Of a DNA stretch of 64,000 nucleotides, positions 27,612-37,593 are shown piece after piece. The DNA lies in assembly GCA_043765195.1 (NCBI GenBank), contig JAYUJN010000040.1, forward strand, positions 22,734-86,733, read 5' to 3'. Each line of letters opens with the position of its first letter. Positions within the stretch are counted from its first letter, which is position 1. The notes beneath the pieces were generated by a model. It was not told the origin of the DNA and did not search any database. It saw only the letters and a list, made by a program, of their open reading frames with translations. Both the position numbers and the translations under genes were made by a program. The DNA comes from Bacteroidota bacterium (GTDB lineage: Bacteria > Bacteroidota > Bacteroidia > UBA7662 > JAYUJN01).

Positions 27612-28619
27612 ATGGATAAAAAACGACCAATAGACAAAAAAAGAGAATCTGGTGGATACACTGATATTGGAACTCTTGAAGACGGCGCCATTGTAGAAAT
27701 GAAAGAAATAGCTGGAAGATTTTTGATTATCAAAGAACGTTCAATATATGAAATGATTTTTGCGGACAAAATAGACCCAGCAAGAACGAATATAAATTTA
27801 CCCAATACAATTCACAAACTCATTATAGATAAGGGGACAGAGTCTGAATTAGTTGCAAGGACTTTATTAACAGCAAAGACAGTTTTTAAAAAAGAATACT
27901 TAAACGATAGAATAAACTGCAATTCCGTTTTGAGTCTATGTGTTGATTTGCTGTCAGAACTTTCACTATTAGAAAAAGAAATAAAAGAATACTTAGACGA
28001 AGAAAATAAAGTATCGCTTGAATACGAAAAAAGAAGAAATGAAAAAGTTTCTTTCCAACTTCCTGCTATCATAAATTTGGAATCAAGGTGTAAAACTATT
28101 TATCAAAAAACTGACCACATTGAACAAACCCTAATGGAGATAATAACTTATTTTTATCCTAACAAACAATTGACAAAACAATCCCATTTCCCAAAGTTTC
28201 ACGAAGTATTAAAGGTAAAATATGGAGAAAATGACGGTTTTTCAAAGTTTATTGGTAAGAAAGCTTGTTTTATGAGAGTTATTAGAGAATTAAGAAATGG
28301 ACTTGACCATAGGCTTGCAACATACAAAGTTACAGATTTTGAATTAAAACCTGACGGCGATATTCTTTCACCTACAATTGAACTTAATCACAAAGACGTG
28401 AAAGTTGAACGAATATCACTTAGTGAATTTCTAAGAATTACATCCAGTAATTTAATTGAAATTATTGAAGTAACTTTTGCGTTTCTTGCAGGACGTGCTG
28501 TAAAAACGACAGGAATGCCTTACCAACTCAGGGAAATTCCAAAAGAAAAAAGACGACACAAATTTGTAAGATTTTGTTTTTGGATGCCAATTGGTGTTGA
28601 AGGATATTATTGTCAATAA
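27612..28619 (+). CDS. hypothetical protein with a HEPN-like Rx4H motif
   Basis: No family recognised. Contains RELRNGLDHR, which fits the HEPN Rx4-6H RNase motif, in a predicted helical context. AT-rich. Confidence 0.3.
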   Translation: MDKKRPIDKKRESGGYTDIGTLEDGAIVEMKEIAGRFLIIKERSIYEMIFADKIDPARTNINLPNTIHKLIIDKGTESELVARTLLTAKTVFKKEYLNDRINCNSVLSLCVDLLSELSLLEKEIKEYLDEENKVSLEYEKRRNEKVSFQLPAIINLESRCKTIYQKTDHIEQTLMEIITYFYPNKQLTKQSHFPKFHEVLKVKYGENDGFSKFIGKKACFMRVIRELRNGLDHRLATYKVTDFELKPDGDILSPTIELNHKDVKVERISLSEFLRITSSNLIEIIEVTFAFLAGRAVKTTGMPYQLREIPKEKRRHKFVRFCFWMPIGVEGYYCQ

Positions 28620-28796
28620 ATAAAGGCTACCACCAACATCAAACCATTGCAAACTATGCGTAATATTGAGTTTGGTGTTATTTTGGGCTTGTTATAAGGC
28701 GCTTTGAGCTGGGGCAAGTTTATGTATCACTCCAAAAACACGCACTATAATTGAAACGAAAAATCATAAATTTGCAACCATATTCAACCAAATAAA

Positions 28797-29669
28797 ATGA
28801 GCAAGAAATTAATACGATTTGATTGGGCTATAAAACGACTTTTAAGAAACAAAGCTAATTTCGTTGTTTTAGAAGGCTTTTTGAGCGAACTGTTGTTTGA
28901 TAACATTAAAATTGAGCAAATTTTAGAAAGTGAAAGCAACCAAGAAACAGACGATGACAAATTTAATCGTGTGGATATTTTAACTCAAAATTCAAAGAAT
29001 GAACTCATCATTATTGAAATTCAAAGCAGTTACGAAATTGATTATTTCCACAGAATGGCTTACGGTGTTTCAAAAAGTATTACTGAAAACCATAAATTAG
29101 GCAGTAAATACAAAGAAATCAAAAAAGTAATTTCTGTAAACATCGTTTACTTTGACCTCGGACAGGGACAAGACTACATTTACAGGGGAAAAACAAACTT
29201 TATTGGACTTCACCAAAAAGACTTGTTGGCATTATCTGATAAGCAAAAAAGTACGTTTATAAAAGAAAACGTATCTGATATTTTTCCAGAATTTTATTTG
29301 TTGAAAGTTAATCAATTCAACGACGTTGCAAAAGACACTTTGGACGAGTGGATTTACTTTTTGAAAAACAGCGAAGTAAAAGATGATTTTAAAGCCAAAG
29401 GACTCAAAGAAGCAGGCGAAGTATTGGATATTATGCGACTTGAAAAACAAGACGTATATGGCTACAATCGTTATATGGATAGTTTGAGTTTGAAAGCCAG
29501 TGAAATTTTTACTTTACAAACTGAGGCAGAGTTTAAAGCAATGGATGCGAGGAGTATTGAAATTGCTGAAAATGGAATTATTGAGGGTTTTGACAACTTG
29601 ACAATTGGTAAAATGACAAAATTGTCAATAGAAAAAATTGAAGAATTACGAATTAAACTAAACAAATAA
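28797..29669 (+). CDS. Rpn/YhgA-family PD-(D/E)xK recombination-promoting nuclease (putative transposase)
   Basis: N-terminal FDWAIKRLL...FLSELL matches the TIGR01784-type FDYAFKxLF start. It has a D...E-I-Q/K core (RVDILTQNSKNELIIIEIQ) and a C-terminal repeated KLSIEKIEEL-like helix. Confidence 0.7.
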   Translation: MSKKLIRFDWAIKRLLRNKANFVVLEGFLSELLFDNIKIEQILESESNQETDDDKFNRVDILTQNSKNELIIIEIQSSYEIDYFHRMAYGVSKSITENHKLGSKYKEIKKVISVNIVYFDLGQGQDYIYRGKTNFIGLHQKDLLALSDKQKSTFIKENVSDIFPEFYLLKVNQFNDVAKDTLDEWIYFLKNSEVKDDFKAKGLKEAGEVLDIMRLEKQDVYGYNRYMDSLSLKASEIFTLQTEAEFKAMDARSIEIAENGIIEGFDNLTIGKMTKLSIEKIEELRIKLNK

Positions 29670-29701
29670 ACCCCCACCCAAACAGAAACCCTACCCCCAA
29701 A

Positions 29702-30310
29702 TCACTCGGCGCTTTTTTCGTTTAGCATTCCAGAGCCGCTGTTGAGGCTAAAATTCATTTGCCAGTTCACCGAAAGCGACATTTGTTTGAGCATTTCGTT
29801 TAGCTGCTGCTGGGCGGTTACAAACAAGTGGCTTTCCTTTACCTTTTGCGCTATTTCTGCCTTGGCTTGCTGCTGCATTTCGGTGAGCTGCTCGGGCGAA
29901 AAACGACTAAACGCATTGGCATCTAAGTCATAAAACTTTACGTTGGTGTCTATGGATAAAATTTCGGGCTCGGGCAAATAATCTATAATCAACTGGCGTG
30001 AACCCTCGGTGGCGGTGTAGCGAAACTTCGCAAAATCAAAGCCTACCAGAACCTTGGAATTGGTAAGCAATATGGCTTTTTTGTTGTTCGTAAATGCGCC
30101 CCACATCACTGGTTCTGTGGTTTTAAAATCATGGATTTCCGAAAAATGCCCCTCCGCCAGCACCACTTTAAACACCTTTTCGATGCGCTCGAGCAGCACA
30201 TTGCTCTCCTTTTTTAGGTTGTGCTGGTTGTTTTTATAATAATTATTATAAATCAATACCGCTATCATACCCAATAAAAGCCCCATAAATGCAATAATAA
30301 GATAACCCAT
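29702..30310 (-). CDS. membrane-anchored hypothetical protein (DUF4230-like)
   Basis: N-terminal TM helix (YLIIAFMGLLLGMIAVLI) followed by a soluble ~170-aa domain. The DUF4230 family assignment is by resemblance only. Confidence 0.35.
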   Translation of the reverse strand: MGYLIIAFMGLLLGMIAVLIYNNYYKNNQHNLKKESNVLLERIEKVFKVVLAEGHFSEIHDFKTTEPVMWGAFTNNKKAILLTNSKVLVGFDFAKFRYTATEGSRQLIIDYLPEPEILSIDTNVKFYDLDANAFSRFSPEQLTEMQQQAKAEIAQKVKESHLFVTAQQQLNEMLKQMSLSVNWQMNFSLNSGSGMLNEKSAE

Positions 30311-30392
30311 GCTTTTTTTTAAATGGTAGTTGCAATTTTTGTACCAAAACACAAAGTTAAAGTTATTTGGGCAAAATATGCTTTAAAAAATA

Positions 30393-30418
30393 AAACCCCG
30401 CTGTCGCAGCGGGGTTTT
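30393..30418 (-). terminator. rho-independent terminator (minus strand)
   Basis: Hairpin aaaaccccgctg-tcgc-agcggggtttt. On the minus strand it is followed by a T-run. It sits 3' of the anti-sigma-like gene, within the second copy of the conserved element (30384-30466). Confidence 0.6.
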
Positions 30419-30547
30419 CCATTAACCTAACCTTAAAACCTAACTGTACAAATAAAGTATGTACCGTATGCTTATTAGACGCTTAACAACGCCCACAAGT
30501 TGGGTAAAAAACAAAGTTTAACACCGAATGAGCGTTTTTTATTTTTC

Positions 30548-32068
30548 TTAACGCAACCTGTATTTTACATATACTTGCACATCGGTATTTCTATAAAAAA
30601 CATTGCTGTTAAAGTAAGAGCCGTCGTACATATTCCTAAAACTTTTTGCGAACCGAACGCCCGTAGCCAGGCTCTGGCTTTGCCTAATTTCGTAGCTCGC
30701 CAAAAGCTGAAAATTAACTTTTTGCAGGTATTCGTTTTGGGCATCGTACTGAACATTCAATATTTTAGCCGTTTGCGTGGGCAATGTAATATTGCCGCCT
30801 GCATCTATATCTATGGTATCCGTGGCTGTAACCATGCGGCTACCAAACAGATACGAGGCTTTTATGCCCGCTTGCGCCGCCGATTTTGCGGTAACCTGAT
30901 AGCTCACCACCAACGGCACTTCTATAAAGTGCATTTTATCTACGGCGAACGTGTTTTTTACGGCTCTATAATTGCTCGGGTTCGAGTTTACCTGCATTAT
31001 TTCGGCTCTATAAAGGCTTTTTGGGCTTATATTTTTATACTCGATGCCCGTTTCTAAGCCCAGTTTTGGGCTAATGTCCCCGCCCAAAAAAGCACCAAAG
31101 CTCGGCGACAGCGAGGCTTCGTATTTCTTGGTATTGTAATTGTAAGCGGCGTTATAAACCGCAGCAGCCCTCACCCCAAAATAAATATTCGGGTTCAATT
31201 TTATGCCTTTTTTAGGCATTGTTGGGCTTTGCAGTTGCTCTATTTTAACCCTCGGGGTTTCCATTGCCGCAAATGTATTTTTTATTGGTTCTTCTACTGC
31301 TGCTATCTGGCTTTGGTTTGTATTTACGCTTTTATCAGTGAGCATATCGGTATTATTTTTCACTAAACCATTTGTTTTCAAGTCGTTGTGTGCTGCATTT
31401 GGGTCGTTTGTGCGCCGTGTTTCACTTACATCGTTGGCTGCTAAGTAGCCGTTTTCGGCCTGGCTATGGCGTAAAACTTTGGAATTATCTACCATTTTAC
31501 CCGAAATAGCTTGGGCGTACAGCTCCGTTTTAGCGGTATTTGAGTTTGCAATACTCGGCTTCGCCACGTTGCTTTTCGGGGCATTTGGTTTGCGTATATC
31601 CAACAAATCGTACCTTTTGGCTTGGGAGGCAAACAGCGATTTTTTGTGTACATTGGGTGCGTACCCAAAGCAAAACAAAACGGCAAATGCGGTAAGTATG
31701 TACTTTTTTAGCGAGCGCATGGTCAGCGCCTTGGGCATTTCGGGCATAAACGCCGCATCGAGCAGTTGGCTCATTTGATGCCACGCTTTTTCGGTGGGTT
31801 CGTGGTGCAGGTTGCTCAGTTTTACGTAAATAGCGTTGTTTTGCTGGTCTATTTTATCGTTCATGTTTTGCCAATGCGTTTGGGGCATCGGGTGCTGTAC
31901 CTCGCTTATTTTATTGGGCATGGTTTGCTCAAAAAACAAGGGTTCGGGCTGGTAGCTTTTATCCAAAATGGCATTCATCTTCTGCCAATTTTGCTCGGTT
32001 GCATCGGCATTTTGTGCCTCAATTTTAGACTGTAAAAGCTCCGCAAATATTTTTTCTTGGTTGTTCAT
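30548..32068 (-). CDS. putative anti-sigma factor-like membrane protein with a C-terminal beta-barrel-like domain
   Basis: Begins MNNQEK. It starts within 3 nt of the upstream ECF sigma stop (the ORF-track frame, open to 32143, would overlap sigma by ~70 nt). Has repeated WxxM motifs and a single TM helix (ILTAFAVLFCFGY). The C-terminal ~200 aa show beta-strand periodicity. Paralogue of 5471-6670. Confidence 0.4.
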   Translation of the reverse strand: MNNQEKIFAELLQSKIEAQNADATEQNWQKMNAILDKSYQPEPLFFEQTMPNKISEVQHPMPQTHWQNMNDKIDQQNNAIYVKLSNLHHEPTEKAWHQMSQLLDAAFMPEMPKALTMRSLKKYILTAFAVLFCFGYAPNVHKKSLFASQAKRYDLLDIRKPNAPKSNVAKPSIANSNTAKTELYAQAISGKMVDNSKVLRHSQAENGYLAANDVSETRRTNDPNAAHNDLKTNGLVKNNTDMLTDKSVNTNQSQIAAVEEPIKNTFAAMETPRVKIEQLQSPTMPKKGIKLNPNIYFGVRAAAVYNAAYNYNTKKYEASLSPSFGAFLGGDISPKLGLETGIEYKNISPKSLYRAEIMQVNSNPSNYRAVKNTFAVDKMHFIEVPLVVSYQVTAKSAAQAGIKASYLFGSRMVTATDTIDIDAGGNITLPTQTAKILNVQYDAQNEYLQKVNFQLLASYEIRQSQSLATGVRFAKSFRNMYDGSYFNSNVFYRNTDVQVYVKYRLR

Positions 32069-32070
32069 TT

Positions 32071-32637
32071 TTAGGCAAATAGTTCGGCTAAATGTGGTTG
32101 TGCGATGGCGATAAACTGGTTTTTGGCATTGCACAAATGCCATTTCGAGGTATTTTCGCTGATTTGTAGCGTTTGCGCTATTTCTTTGTGCGAATATCCA
32201 TCTATCAAAAACATAGAGAACACCGTGCGGCTGGCGGGCGATATTTTCTGAATTATTTTATTAATCATCTCGCCGTGCATACTGTTTAGCACGTTGTTAT
32301 ACACTTCTCCGTCGTAGTCTATTTGGTTGTCGCTCAGTGCAATGTTGGCTTTATAGCTCTTATTTTGGCGAATAAAATCCAGTGCGGTGCGGAACATAAT
32401 GCGCTTTATCCAGCCCTCGAACGACCCCGTAAACTCATACAAGGCTACTTTGTTAAATACTTTTAGAAATCCGTCGTTGAGTATTTGCATTGTATCGTCT
32501 TCGTTGCAGGTGTAGCGTGCGCAAAGGCTAAACATGGTGCTATAATATTTTTCATATAGGCTGCGCTGCGCCACACGGTCGCCTTTGGAGCAACCTGCGA
32601 TGAGCAGTTCGTCGCTGGTTTTTTTGGTGTATTCCAT
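32071..32637 (-). CDS. RNA polymerase ECF-type sigma-70 factor
   Basis: Region 2 (FSLCARYTCNEDDTMQILNDGFLKVFNK...FEGWIKRIMFRTALDFIRQ) and region 4 HTH (SRTVFSMFLIDGYSHKEIAQTLQISENTSK). Confidence 0.85.
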   Translation of the reverse strand: MEYTKKTSDELLIAGCSKGDRVAQRSLYEKYYSTMFSLCARYTCNEDDTMQILNDGFLKVFNKVALYEFTGSFEGWIKRIMFRTALDFIRQNKSYKANIALSDNQIDYDGEVYNNVLNSMHGEMINKIIQKISPASRTVFSMFLIDGYSHKEIAQTLQISENTSKWHLCNAKNQFIAIAQPHLAELFA

Positions 32638-33082
32638 ACAAATATACTTAAGGTTGGTTATTGCTATAAACGCCACAAAAACGAATAAAGTTGGGTGGTA
32701 AAATTAGGGGTAATGATTGGTACAGATTGTAGTTTTAAACACAAAACAGATACTTAACTCTTAAAACATGATTTTGATGGCTATTTCGCTGTATCTTTTT
32801 TTTAGAAAAACGAACCCTCACCCAAAAATCGCTTATTTTGCCCTCGTAACGGGCGACTTACGCCTGTGCAAATGTAGTCAAACTAAAATTATTTTTTGCA
32901 CAAGGTACAAAGAAAAATTCGGATACCGTTGTATTTATGACCATTCTTGTTTAATTTTGCCTTACAACAATCAGGGCAAACTACCTCTAAAATTTGTGGC
33001 ATACAGCCCAAAAATACGCATTCATTACCACTTTTCGCCGTCGCACACGCTACTCCACAACCAAATAACAAATTACAAAACA

Positions 33083-33664
33083 ATGAACAGAGAAAACATA
33101 CAAAATTACGTGCAGGCAACGATACAAATGCCAAGCGAAAAAGCAAAACTGCTGGCAGATAAATTTGAGTTTTTTGAACTTCAAAAAAATGAAATATTTA
33201 TAGCCGAAAATAAAATTTCTAAAAATACCTACATTTTAGAAAGCGGATTTATCCGCTCATTTACAATGGACAACGAAGGCAATGAGGTAACGACCAATAT
33301 TTATTCGCCTTTTTGTTTTATCAATGATGTAATGGCATTTTTCAAACAACAGCCCGCTACCGAGAGTTTTCAAGCCCTCACGCCCTGCAAACTTTGGGCG
33401 ATGAGCTATGAAGAAGTACAAGCAAATTTTCACGGGATACCTGAATTTAGGGAGTTTGGGCGAATGATGCTCATAACTAACTATGCCAACTTGAAAGACC
33501 GAATGTTGGGAATGATAAAAGATACTGCCGAAAATCGTTACTTGAAACTGATGAAAAATCACCCAGATATTTTCCAAAATGTTCCGCTGAAAATTATCGC
33601 TTCTTACCTTGGTATTACCGACACTTCTTTGAGCAGAATTAGAAAAGAAATTTTAAGCAAATAG
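33083..33664 (+). CDS. Crp/Fnr family transcriptional regulator
   Basis: N-terminal cNMP-binding beta-roll (FELQKNEIFIAENKISKNTYILESGFIRSF) and C-terminal HTH (LKIIASYLGITDTSLSRIRKEI). The start was reassigned to the internal Met at 33083; the upstream part of the ORF-track entry lacks coding character. Confidence 0.75.
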   Translation: MNRENIQNYVQATIQMPSEKAKLLADKFEFFELQKNEIFIAENKISKNTYILESGFIRSFTMDNEGNEVTTNIYSPFCFINDVMAFFKQQPATESFQALTPCKLWAMSYEEVQANFHGIPEFREFGRMMLITNYANLKDRMLGMIKDTAENRYLKLMKNHPDIFQNVPLKIIASYLGITDTSLSRIRKEILSK

Positions 33665-33776
33665 ATTCATCGTTCTTGCCAAATGGCAATTAAACTTTTC
33701 CAAAATACGAACTTGCCAAATGGCAACCCTGCACAATTTAATGTACCTTAACTTTGTACCATAAAATTTATACAAA

Positions 33777-36146
33777 ATGGTACACAAAACACTCGTTACT
33801 TCCCTTTTGCTTTTTGCATCAATTACTGCATTTAGCCAAAACATTACGCAAACCATCAGAGGCACTGTAATTGACAAAGAAAGCAAAGCTCCACTCGGTT
33901 TTTCATCTGTGGTTTTGCTCAATTCAAATCCAATTATTGGAGCTTTAACCGATACCTTGGGCAATTTTACTTTACCAAACATCGCCATTGGCAGGCAAAG
34001 TATTCAAGTAAGTTATCAGGGCTATAAAACGGCTGTGGTTTCAGATATTCAGCTGAGTGCAGGCAAAGAAATTGTGCTTCAAATTGAGTTGGAAGAAAAC
34101 GCCATAAGTTTAAATGCTGTAACAATAACCGCAGGAAACACCAAAGACAGAACCGTGAATGACATGATTGGCATTAGCGGTAGGACTTTTAGTGTGAGCG
34201 AAGCCAACCGTTTTGCGGGCAGCCAAAACGACCCTTCTCGCATGGCACGCAACTATGCGGGTGTGTCGGGCTCAAGCGACCAACGAAACGACATAATTAT
34301 TAGGGGCAACTCGCCACAAGGTTTGCTTTGGCGGATTGAGGGCATTCCTGTTCCTAACCCCAATCACTTTGCGGGGCAAGGCAGTACAGGCGGTCCAATC
34401 AGCATCATTAATTACAAATTACTCTCCAATTCTGATTTTATTACGGGTGCTTTCCCCGCAGAATATGGCAATGCCACATCGGGCGTTTTTGACATAAAAA
34501 TGAGAAACGGCAACAACAAACGCTCGGAACGCACCCTTCAACTCGGAGCTTTGGGCATAGAGGCTATTGTGGAAGGACCTTTTAGCAAAAAAAGCAATTC
34601 CAGCTATTTGGTCGCCTATCGCTACTCTACACTTTCTTTGCTGACTTCACTTAATCTAAAAATCGGCTTTGCGTCCATTCCTTCTTACCAAGATTTATCG
34701 TTCAAATTTAATTTTGTAACCCAAAAAGCAGGCACGTTCAAACTATTTGGATTGGGCGGCGTGAGCAGCACCGATTTTTTGGATAGCAAACGTGATACTA
34801 CGCAATTTTCGCCAGCCAACAAGGGAGAAAATCTGCGTTTTGGCTCCAAAACAGGTATTTTGGGTTTGAGCCACACCTATTTTTTAGACAATACCACCTT
34901 TATAAAAACTACTATTGCCACCACTTACGAAGGCAACGCAAGCAAAAGAGATAGCATTTTAGCCGATGGAAACACCAAATCAACAGGCGGTTTTGGTTAT
35001 GATAACTACAAATTTGTGCTAAGTTCTTACCTCAACAAAAAAATTAACGCCAAGCATACCATTCAAACAGGAATAATACTTGAAAATATCCATTACCAAA
35101 CAAAAGACAGTTTGCTGTTATACAAACCTGTTTCAGGCGAGCAGTTTTGGGGTTATAACAACGATTTTGGTGGCACTACAAACTTAATTCAGGCTTATGG
35201 TCAGTGGAAATACAGCATAAATGAACAAATCACGCTCAACTCGGGCTTGCATTTTCAGTACCTGACGCTTAACAATAAGTTTGCCGTAGAGCCACGGGTT
35301 GCCCTCAATTATCAGGTAGCAGAAAACCAAAGATTGAGCATTGGCTACGGATTGCACAATCAGGTGCAGCCTTACGCCATGTATTTTTACAAAGATAGAT
35401 TTAGTAGCCAAACCGAAACCAATAAAAATTTGGGTTTTACTCGTAGCAATCAAATTATTGCGGGGTATGATGTGAATTTAAAAAACGATTTTAGGATAAA
35501 AACCGAAGTCTATTATCAATATTTATCCAACGTACCAGTTGAAAAAGACTCGTCGTCTTATTCAGTAATGAACTACGGAGCAACGTTCAACAATACCTAC
35601 AAACCCAATTTGGTAAACAATGGCGTTGGGCAAAATTATGGTATAGAACTGACTTTGGAGAAATTTTTTAGTAACAACTATTACTTTTTACTCACCACTT
35701 CTCTATTCAACTCCAAATACAAAGGGAGCGACGGCATAGAGCGAAACACCGCATTCAACGGTAATTATGTGGTAAACGCTTTGGGCGGATATGAGCTAAA
35801 ATTGAAAAAGAACCTCGCTATTTTGTTTGATGCAAAAATGACTTTTGCGGGTGGATTGCGTTACACACCAATAGATATAAATGCCTCTATCCAAAACCAA
35901 GAGGCAAATTATAAAGATAATGCAGCATTTTCGCTACAAAATGCACCTTATTTTAAACCCGATGCAAAAATCACCGTCCGAAAAGACTTCAAAAATAAAG
36001 TGGCTTTGGAGTTTGCGTTGGACATACAAAATGTAGTGGGTTATCAAAATGTTTTTGTAAAACTATACGACAAAAATACAAAAACAGAACGCACCGCTTA
36101 CCAAAACGGGAGATTTCCAACGGTACAATTAAAATTAGAATTTTAA
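33777..36146 (+). CDS. TonB-dependent receptor with an N-terminal carboxypeptidase-regulatory-like domain
   Basis: Signal peptide and a CarbopepD_reg-like beta-sandwich (IRGTVIDKESKAPLGFSSVVLL). Has a plug domain with a TonB box region and a 22-strand barrel, with a C-terminal aromatic residue (LKLEF). Confidence 0.85.
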   Translation: MVHKTLVTSLLLFASITAFSQNITQTIRGTVIDKESKAPLGFSSVVLLNSNPIIGALTDTLGNFTLPNIAIGRQSIQVSYQGYKTAVVSDIQLSAGKEIVLQIELEENAISLNAVTITAGNTKDRTVNDMIGISGRTFSVSEANRFAGSQNDPSRMARNYAGVSGSSDQRNDIIIRGNSPQGLLWRIEGIPVPNPNHFAGQGSTGGPISIINYKLLSNSDFITGAFPAEYGNATSGVFDIKMRNGNNKRSERTLQLGALGIEAIVEGPFSKKSNSSYLVAYRYSTLSLLTSLNLKIGFASIPSYQDLSFKFNFVTQKAGTFKLFGLGGVSSTDFLDSKRDTTQFSPANKGENLRFGSKTGILGLSHTYFLDNTTFIKTTIATTYEGNASKRDSILADGNTKSTGGFGYDNYKFVLSSYLNKKINAKHTIQTGIILENIHYQTKDSLLLYKPVSGEQFWGYNNDFGGTTNLIQAYGQWKYSINEQITLNSGLHFQYLTLNNKFAVEPRVALNYQVAENQRLSIGYGLHNQVQPYAMYFYKDRFSSQTETNKNLGFTRSNQIIAGYDVNLKNDFRIKTEVYYQYLSNVPVEKDSSSYSVMNYGATFNNTYKPNLVNNGVGQNYGIELTLEKFFSNNYYFLLTTSLFNSKYKGSDGIERNTAFNGNYVVNALGGYELKLKKNLAILFDAKMTFAGGLRYTPIDINASIQNQEANYKDNAAFSLQNAPYFKPDAKITVRKDFKNKVALEFALDIQNVVGYQNVFVKLYDKNTKTERTAYQNGRFPTVQLKLEF

Positions 36147-36297
36147 AAATGAATACCTAACCAACGCAGTTCCTCAGTAGTTTCAAAATCTAAAATAGTC
36201 GAATAAATGCTTTGCAGCAAATCATATAAATTACAACCAAAACAACCGTAATATATTATCAAAAATGTGTAACTTTGTGGCATTAATCAAAAAATAG

Positions 36298-37554
36298 ATG
36301 CTTACTACCCACACCACACACGACGCAACCACCAGCTCCGTAGATGCCATAGCCCTCGAAGAACTTTATGGCGCACACAACTACCACCCCTTAGATGTGG
36401 TACTGAGCCGAGGCGAAGGCGTGTTTTTGTGGTCGCCCGAGGGCAAGCGCTACTTCGACTTTTTGAGTGCGTACTCCGCCGTAAACCAAGGGCATTGCCA
36501 CCCAAAAATAATTGGTGCGCTCGTAGCACAAGCCCAAAAACTCACGCTCACCTCGAGGGCTTTTTACAACGATATGTTGGGCAAATACGCCCAGTTCCTC
36601 ACCCAATATTTTGGGTTTGATAGGGTTTTGCCCATGAATACAGGCGTAGAAGCATGCGAAACAGCCATTAAGCTCGCCCGCAGGTGGGGCTATTTGCACA
36701 AAAACATACCCGAAAACGAAGCCAAAATCGTGTTTGTGGCTGGAAACTTTTGGGGGCGCACCTTAGCCGCCATCTCCTCCTCTACCGACCCAAGCTCCTA
36801 CCAAGGGTTTGGTCCATATATGCCAGGGTTCGAAATTATAGCCTACAACGACCTAAATGCGCTGGAAACCGCCCTGCAAAACCCCCACGTGGCGGGTTTT
36901 ATGTTCGAACCCATACAAGGTGAAGCGGGCGTGGTAGTGCCACACGAGGGTTATATAACTGGCGTGCGGCAGCTCTGCACCCAGTACAACGTGCTAATGA
37001 TAGCCGACGAAGTGCAAACTGGCATAGCCCGCACGGGCAAAATGCTGGCTTGCGACCACGAAAACACAAAACCCGACATTTTGGTACTGGGCAAAGCCAT
37101 ATCGGGCGGCGTGCTGCCCGTGTCGGTGGTACTGAGCAGCCACGAGGTAATACTGGGCATAAAACCTGGCGAACACGGCAGCACCTACGGCGGCAATCCG
37201 CTGGCTTGCGCCGTAGCCATAGCCGCCCTGCAAGTGGTAACGGACGAAAATTTAGCCGAAAATGCCGAAAATTTGGGCATTGTATTCAGAGCAGAAATGC
37301 AAAAACTGGTGGACAAATACCCGATTTTGCGCCTTGTGCGGGGCAAAGGCTTGCTCAATGCCTTGGTTATAAACGACAGCGAAGACGGCAAAACCGCCTG
37401 GAAACTCTGCCTAAAACTAAAAGACTTGGGGCTGCTCGCCAAACCCACGCACGGCAATATAATTCGTTTTGCGCCGCCGCTCTGCATCACAAAACCGCAA
37501 ATGCTCGAGTGCTGCCAAATCATAGAGCAAGCCGTAGCCACCATAGAAAACTAA
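36298..37554 (+). CDS. rocD: ornithine--oxo-acid aminotransferase (class III PLP aminotransferase)
   Basis: [18 protein letters not shown] and the PLP-lysine region ([19 protein letters not shown]). It is closer to the OAT subfamily than to ArgD. Confidence 0.85.
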   Translation: MLTTHTTHDATTSSVDAIALEELYGAHNYHPLDVVLSRGEGVFLWSPEGKRYFDFLSAYSAVNQGHCHPKIIGALVAQAQKLTLTSRAFYNDMLGKYAQFLTQYFGFDRVLPMNTGVEACETAIKLARRWGYLHKNIPENEAKIVFVAGNFWGRTLAAISSSTDPSSYQGFGPYMPGFEIIAYNDLNALETALQNPHVAGFMFEPIQGEAGVVVPHEGYITGVRQLCTQYNVLMIADEVQTGIARTGKMLACDHENTKPDILVLGKAISGGVLPVSVVLSSHEVILGIKPGEHGSTYGGNPLACAVAIAALQVVTDENLAENAENLGIVFRAEMQKLVDKYPILRLVRGKGLLNALVINDSEDGKTAWKLCLKLKDLGLLAKPTHGNIIRFAPPLCITKPQMLECCQIIEQAVATIEN

Positions 37555-37593
37555 AAATCCTTACTTAAAAAACAAAATACATCACCCAAAAAA

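Noticed and set aside
32768-33082. N-terminal 105 aa of the ORF-track entry preceding the Crp/Fnr regulator
   Set aside because: The upstream portion is AT-rich and low-complexity, with no coding periodicity or conserved residues. The cNMP-binding domain begins right after the internal Met at 33083, giving a regulator of typical length.
36305-37568. Arg/His-rich antisense and out-of-frame ORFs overlapping rocD (e.g. 37050-37568 plus strand, 172 aa)
   Set aside because: These are products of GC-rich third-position codon bias in a strongly supported aminotransferase gene. They have no motifs and overlap completely.
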